From the human T2T-CHM13v2.0 reference genome, Homo sapiens: 64,000 nt of DNA. The DNA lies in NCBI RefSeq assembly GCF_009914755.1, contig NC_060926.1, one strand, 5' to 3'. A program made the translations under genes and the position numbers. Within the stretch, counting starts at the first letter, position 1; each line of letters starts with the position of its first letter. Of the stretch, positions 58,150 through 64,000 are shown piece by piece. The notes under the pieces are model-generated. The model was not told the origin of the DNA and did not search any database. It saw only the letters and a list, made by a program, of their open reading frames with translations.

Positions 58150-59760
58150 TATACATCCAGTTTTTTTATTCCACTCATCAGTTGATGGACACTGGTTGAT
58201 TCCATATCTTTGCATATTGTGAATTGTGCTGCAGTAAACATATGTGTGCGGGTGTCCTTTTGAGAGTACGATTTCTTTTATTTTGTGTAGATATCTGGAA
58301 ATGAGAATGCTGGATAAAATGGTAGGATCTACTTTTAGTTCTTTGAGAACTCTCCATACTGTTTTCCATAGATTTGTATGAAGTTGCATTCCCACCAGCA
58401 GTGTATCACTGTTGTCTTTTCACCGCATCCACCCAACATCTGTTGTTTTTTGATTTCTAATAGTGGCCATTCTGGCTGCAGTGAGGTGATATCTCACTGT
58501 GGTTTTATTGTACATTTCCCTGATGATTAGAGATATTTAGCGTGTTTTTATATGCTTGTTTACCGTTTGTACATCTTCCTTTGAGAAATGTCTATTCATG
58601 TAATTTGGCCACTTTCTAATGGAATTATTTGTGTTTTTCCTGTTGATTTGTTTGAATTTCTTGTAGGTTATAGATATTATTAGTCCTTTGTTAGTGTCAT
58701 AATTTTCAAATTTTTCCCATTGTATAGGTTGTTGTTTTACTCTGATGATTATTTCTTTTGCTGTGCTGAAGCTTTTTAGTTTAATTAGGTCTTATTTATT
58801 TATTTTCATTTTTGTTGGATTTGCTTTTAGGGTCTTCCTCATAAATCCTTTGCCTAGGCCAATGTTTTCAGGTCTTAGGTTTAGGCCTTTCATCCATCTT
58901 GAATTAAGTTTTGTATATGGTGAGAGATAGAGATCCAGTTTCATTCTTCCACATGTGGCTATCTTTTTTTCCCAGCACCATTTATTGAATAACCTGTACT
59001 TTCTCCAGTGTATGTTTTTGTATCCTTGCTCAGAGATCACTTGGTTGTAGTGGCTTTATTTCTGAGTTGTCTGTTCTGTTCCGTTGATCTATGTATCTGT
59101 TTTTATACGAGTACCACGCTGCTTCTGTTACTGTGGTCTTAGAGTATCATTTGAAGTCAGGTAATGTGATGCCAACATATTTGTTCCTTTTGCTTGGTAT
59201 GTCTGTTGCTGTTCAGGCTCTTTTGTGGTCCTACATGAATGTCAGCATTTTAAAATAATTCTGTGAAGAATGACATTGGTACTTTGGTAGGAAGTGTATC
59301 GAATGTGTAGACTGCTTTGGGCACTATTGTCATTTTCACTATATCACTTCTTTCAGTACATGAACATAGGATGTATTTTCATTTGTTTGTGTCATCTATT
59401 ATTTTTTTCGGTGGTGTTTTCCAGTTATCTTTATATAGATCACTCACTTTTTTCGTTAAGTATATTCTTAGGTATTTCACAGTGTTTTGCAGCCACTGTA
59501 AAAGGGATTGGATTGTTGATATGAACTCTCAGCTTGGTCGTAGTTGGTGTATAGTGGTGCTACTGATTGGTATTCATTTATTTTGTAACCTCTGAGACTT
59601 TACTGAATTCATGTATCAAATCTAGGAGTGTTTTGTAGGAGTCTTTAGGGTTTTCTAGGTATAAGATCATATCATTGGTGAAGAGATAGTTTGACTTCCT
59701 CTTTTCTAATCTGGATGCCCTTTATTCCTCTTGCCCAATTGCTCTGCCTAGGACTTCCCA
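58150..59760 (-). mobile_element. L1PB/L1MA-age ORF2 fragment (antisense)
   Basis: ORF2-like peptides at 58021-58395 and 58792-59040. Confidence 0.85.
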
Positions 59761-59989
59761 GTTTTATTCTTAATATGCATGAAATAAAAGTAAAATGGAA
59801 GGTGCTTAACAATTAGTTTATTTCACATCTCTCTCATACACCGATAAAATTAATTCAAAGTCATATGTTAAAAACATAATATTAGACCCTGTGTTGTTCT
59901 AAAAGGAATTTCTAAGTTGTTTATAAAATACATAGGAATCAAGAATATAAGTGGAAAGTGTTTCCAAAAAATAAACATAAAAGTATGTG

Positions 59990-60492
59990 TTACAGGCCAC
60001 GGACCAGTAGCAGTCCCTGGCCTGTTAGGACCTGGGCCACACAGCAGGAGGTTAGAGGCAGGTGAGTAAGTGAAGCTTCATCTGTTTACAGCCACTCTCT
60101 GTCACTCGCATTACCGCCCGAGCTCCTCCTCCTGTCATATCAGTAGTGGCATTAGATTGTCCTAAGAGTGTGACCTGAACCCTGTTGTAAGTTGCTCATG
60201 CAGGGGGATATAGGTTGTTCACTCCTTAGAATTGAATTCCTTATGATCTGTCACCATCTCCCGTCACCCCCAGATAGGACCATCTAGTTGCAGGAAAACA
60301 AGCTCAGGGCTCCCACTGATTCTACATTTTGGTGAGTTATATAATTATTTCATTATATATTAATAATAATAGAAATAAAGTGCACAATGAATGTAATGTT
60401 CTTGAATCCTGGAACCATCCCCCACCTCAGGTTCCTGGAAAAATTATCTTCCACAAAACCAGTCCCTGGTGCCAGCATGGTTGGGGACACCT
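59990..60492. mobile_element. MER1A, opposite orientation to the 40777 copy
   Basis: CATCTAGTTGCAGGAAAACAAGCTCAG...CCAGTCCCTGGTGCC...GGTTGGGGAC. Confidence 0.82.
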
Positions 60493-60637
60493 GGTTAACA
60501 GATGTGAGACCCCTTTGCCTTGCTTGGAATAATGTGCAGATATACATTGTGTGAATGACATCTGATGGCGCCATCTTGCCCTGTAGATCATTTTAGGGAC
60601 ACCTCCAGTATTTCATGAAAATTAAAATTTCTTCTAA

Positions 60638-61098
<461 letters not shown>

Positions 61099-62589
61099 TT
61101 ATTTTCAAATGTTTTTATATGTGTATATATTTTTAAAAAACTAGATATTTTGGAAATATAAAGGATTTTTAAGTCATATATATGTGTGTATATATTCTAT
61201 ATATCCTTTGTCATGTACCTATATATGTACATATAGGATAAAGCCATGTTCTTAATTCACCTCCATTTGCCTGCAACAGTCGAGTAGTGACCTTCACAAT
61301 GGCCTCAGTCCAGAGGAGAAGCATTTGATACTTTTCATAAGAATTGATGATCTTTCCATATAAAAAGTTTTGCTGCTGAAAACAGATTTTCTTGTTTTTG
61401 GACATTAGTTTTTAAAAAAGTGTTAATAGAGAAGTCAATTGATTGTTTTCACTGATAGGAAAGTAGGAAATGTATAGCTGGGTCAGAGGCCACATTGTGG
61501 ATGTCATTATCCTTACTTTTGTGGAGAGGAACAGTTTGCTCCAAGTAGTTTCTCATTTCAATGTAAAGAGGTTAGAAAACAATGACATGCCATGATACAC
61601 ATTTAGTGATCATTTATTGATAAGTATTTTGTTCCTAGAGAAATAGTTCAGTATATTTCCCCTATTTCACAGTTACTACTGTTTCAAATATTATAAAGAG
61701 GAAATAAGTTATCACAATGGGAAATAATCTCATGATTTCTAAGAAAATCTCTATAAGTTGTATCTTATTTACCATTCATATTTTGAAACAAAAGGCTTCT
61801 TTTGTATTTATATATTTACACCACAGAAGTAACTGTGGTTTTGTGGAGGATCACTAGAAGTAGCATCAGCAGACCTGGGGAAAATCCTGCATCTGTGTAT
61901 ATTTTTTGACCTCTCCTTTTAAGAATCGCGATCTTAAATGAGTTCAGTATTGTATGTAGAAGTGCAATGCCTAGATACAGATGTGTACAGTGTGGAAGGG
62001 TACAGTGCTTAGATTTGACAGTTATAAATAAATGTAATTCTTATAACTGAGTATAGAAATATTAGAAATGTAGAATATCGGTAAAACGTTCTTCAGTAAA
62101 AGAAACTTAAAGAACTTTGAGAAATTGCTTCTGTCCAAATATATGCATAGCAAGGCTCTTAGGATGGTGTGGTTGATAGGTTAGATATCAGAGAGTAAAC
62201 CTAATCTTAAAAATATAGTCAAATGTATTAATCTTATATTTTATGCCTCTGGGTTTTTTGTAACTCACAGAAAGTCTTTTTTAATTCTGAGATTCTTAAA
62301 AATCCTCTAGTGATTTATTTTTCATAGTCTTTAAATAAATATTTAAACTTTTAGGAATTCAGGAGAAGATTCCTAAAAGTTTAAATATTTATTTAAAGAC
62401 TATGAAAAATAAATCACTAGAGGAATTTACACTCTATTAGGTTTGAAGTTTTGTCCAATTTTTTTCCAGTTAAATATCCACTATGTGGATTCTTTCATTA
62501 TACAAATACACGTTATTTTTTAATTTCAGAAGAAATCATGATATGTCAATCTATTGAGTGCTAACTAAAAGTTCCCTTTGTTTACTTAG

Positions 62590-63918
<1,329 letters not shown>

Positions 63919-64000
63919 GTGGACTCTGACTTAGTTGCGTTACACCCTTTCTTGACAAAACCAAACTTCTCAGAAAACAACATGAGATTGGCGTGGCTTT
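63919..64000 (+). other. ACTB-derived 3'UTR including the zipcode region
   Basis: GTGGACTCTGACTTAGTTGCGTTACACCCTTTCTTGACAAAACC is homologous to the ACTB proximal 3'UTR. Confidence 0.9.

Overview
Primate, most likely human, genomic DNA. The window is repeat-rich and holds one multi-exon POTE-actin locus on the + strand (ATG 28376; actin stop 63916-63918). The actin part best matches POTEKP/kappa-actin (2q21); this match is from recall and was not searched. The POTE part is disabled. A 4-bp deletion in exon 5 creates a TAA at the exon 5/6 junction (313-aa product). Exon 10 has lost its acceptor, has a 1-bp deletion and carries an AluY insertion. The 375-codon ACTB-derived actin ORF is still open. 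Upstream (1-21.3 kb) lie a MER4-type ERV 3' end and an old tandem array of antisense L1-derived units. The most interesting structure is a candidate upstream transcription unit: an ETS-box first exon (~11.83-12.0 kb) followed by one cassette exon per L1 unit. The last cassette supplies an ATG that splices in frame into cryptic acceptors inside the POTE Cys-rich repeats. Other notable items are a phased MYB/CRE tandem array at the POTE promoter, a fossil CCDC144-like exon, a U6 chimeric retrocopy and templated-insertion scars. Repeat subfamily names are from recognition only.
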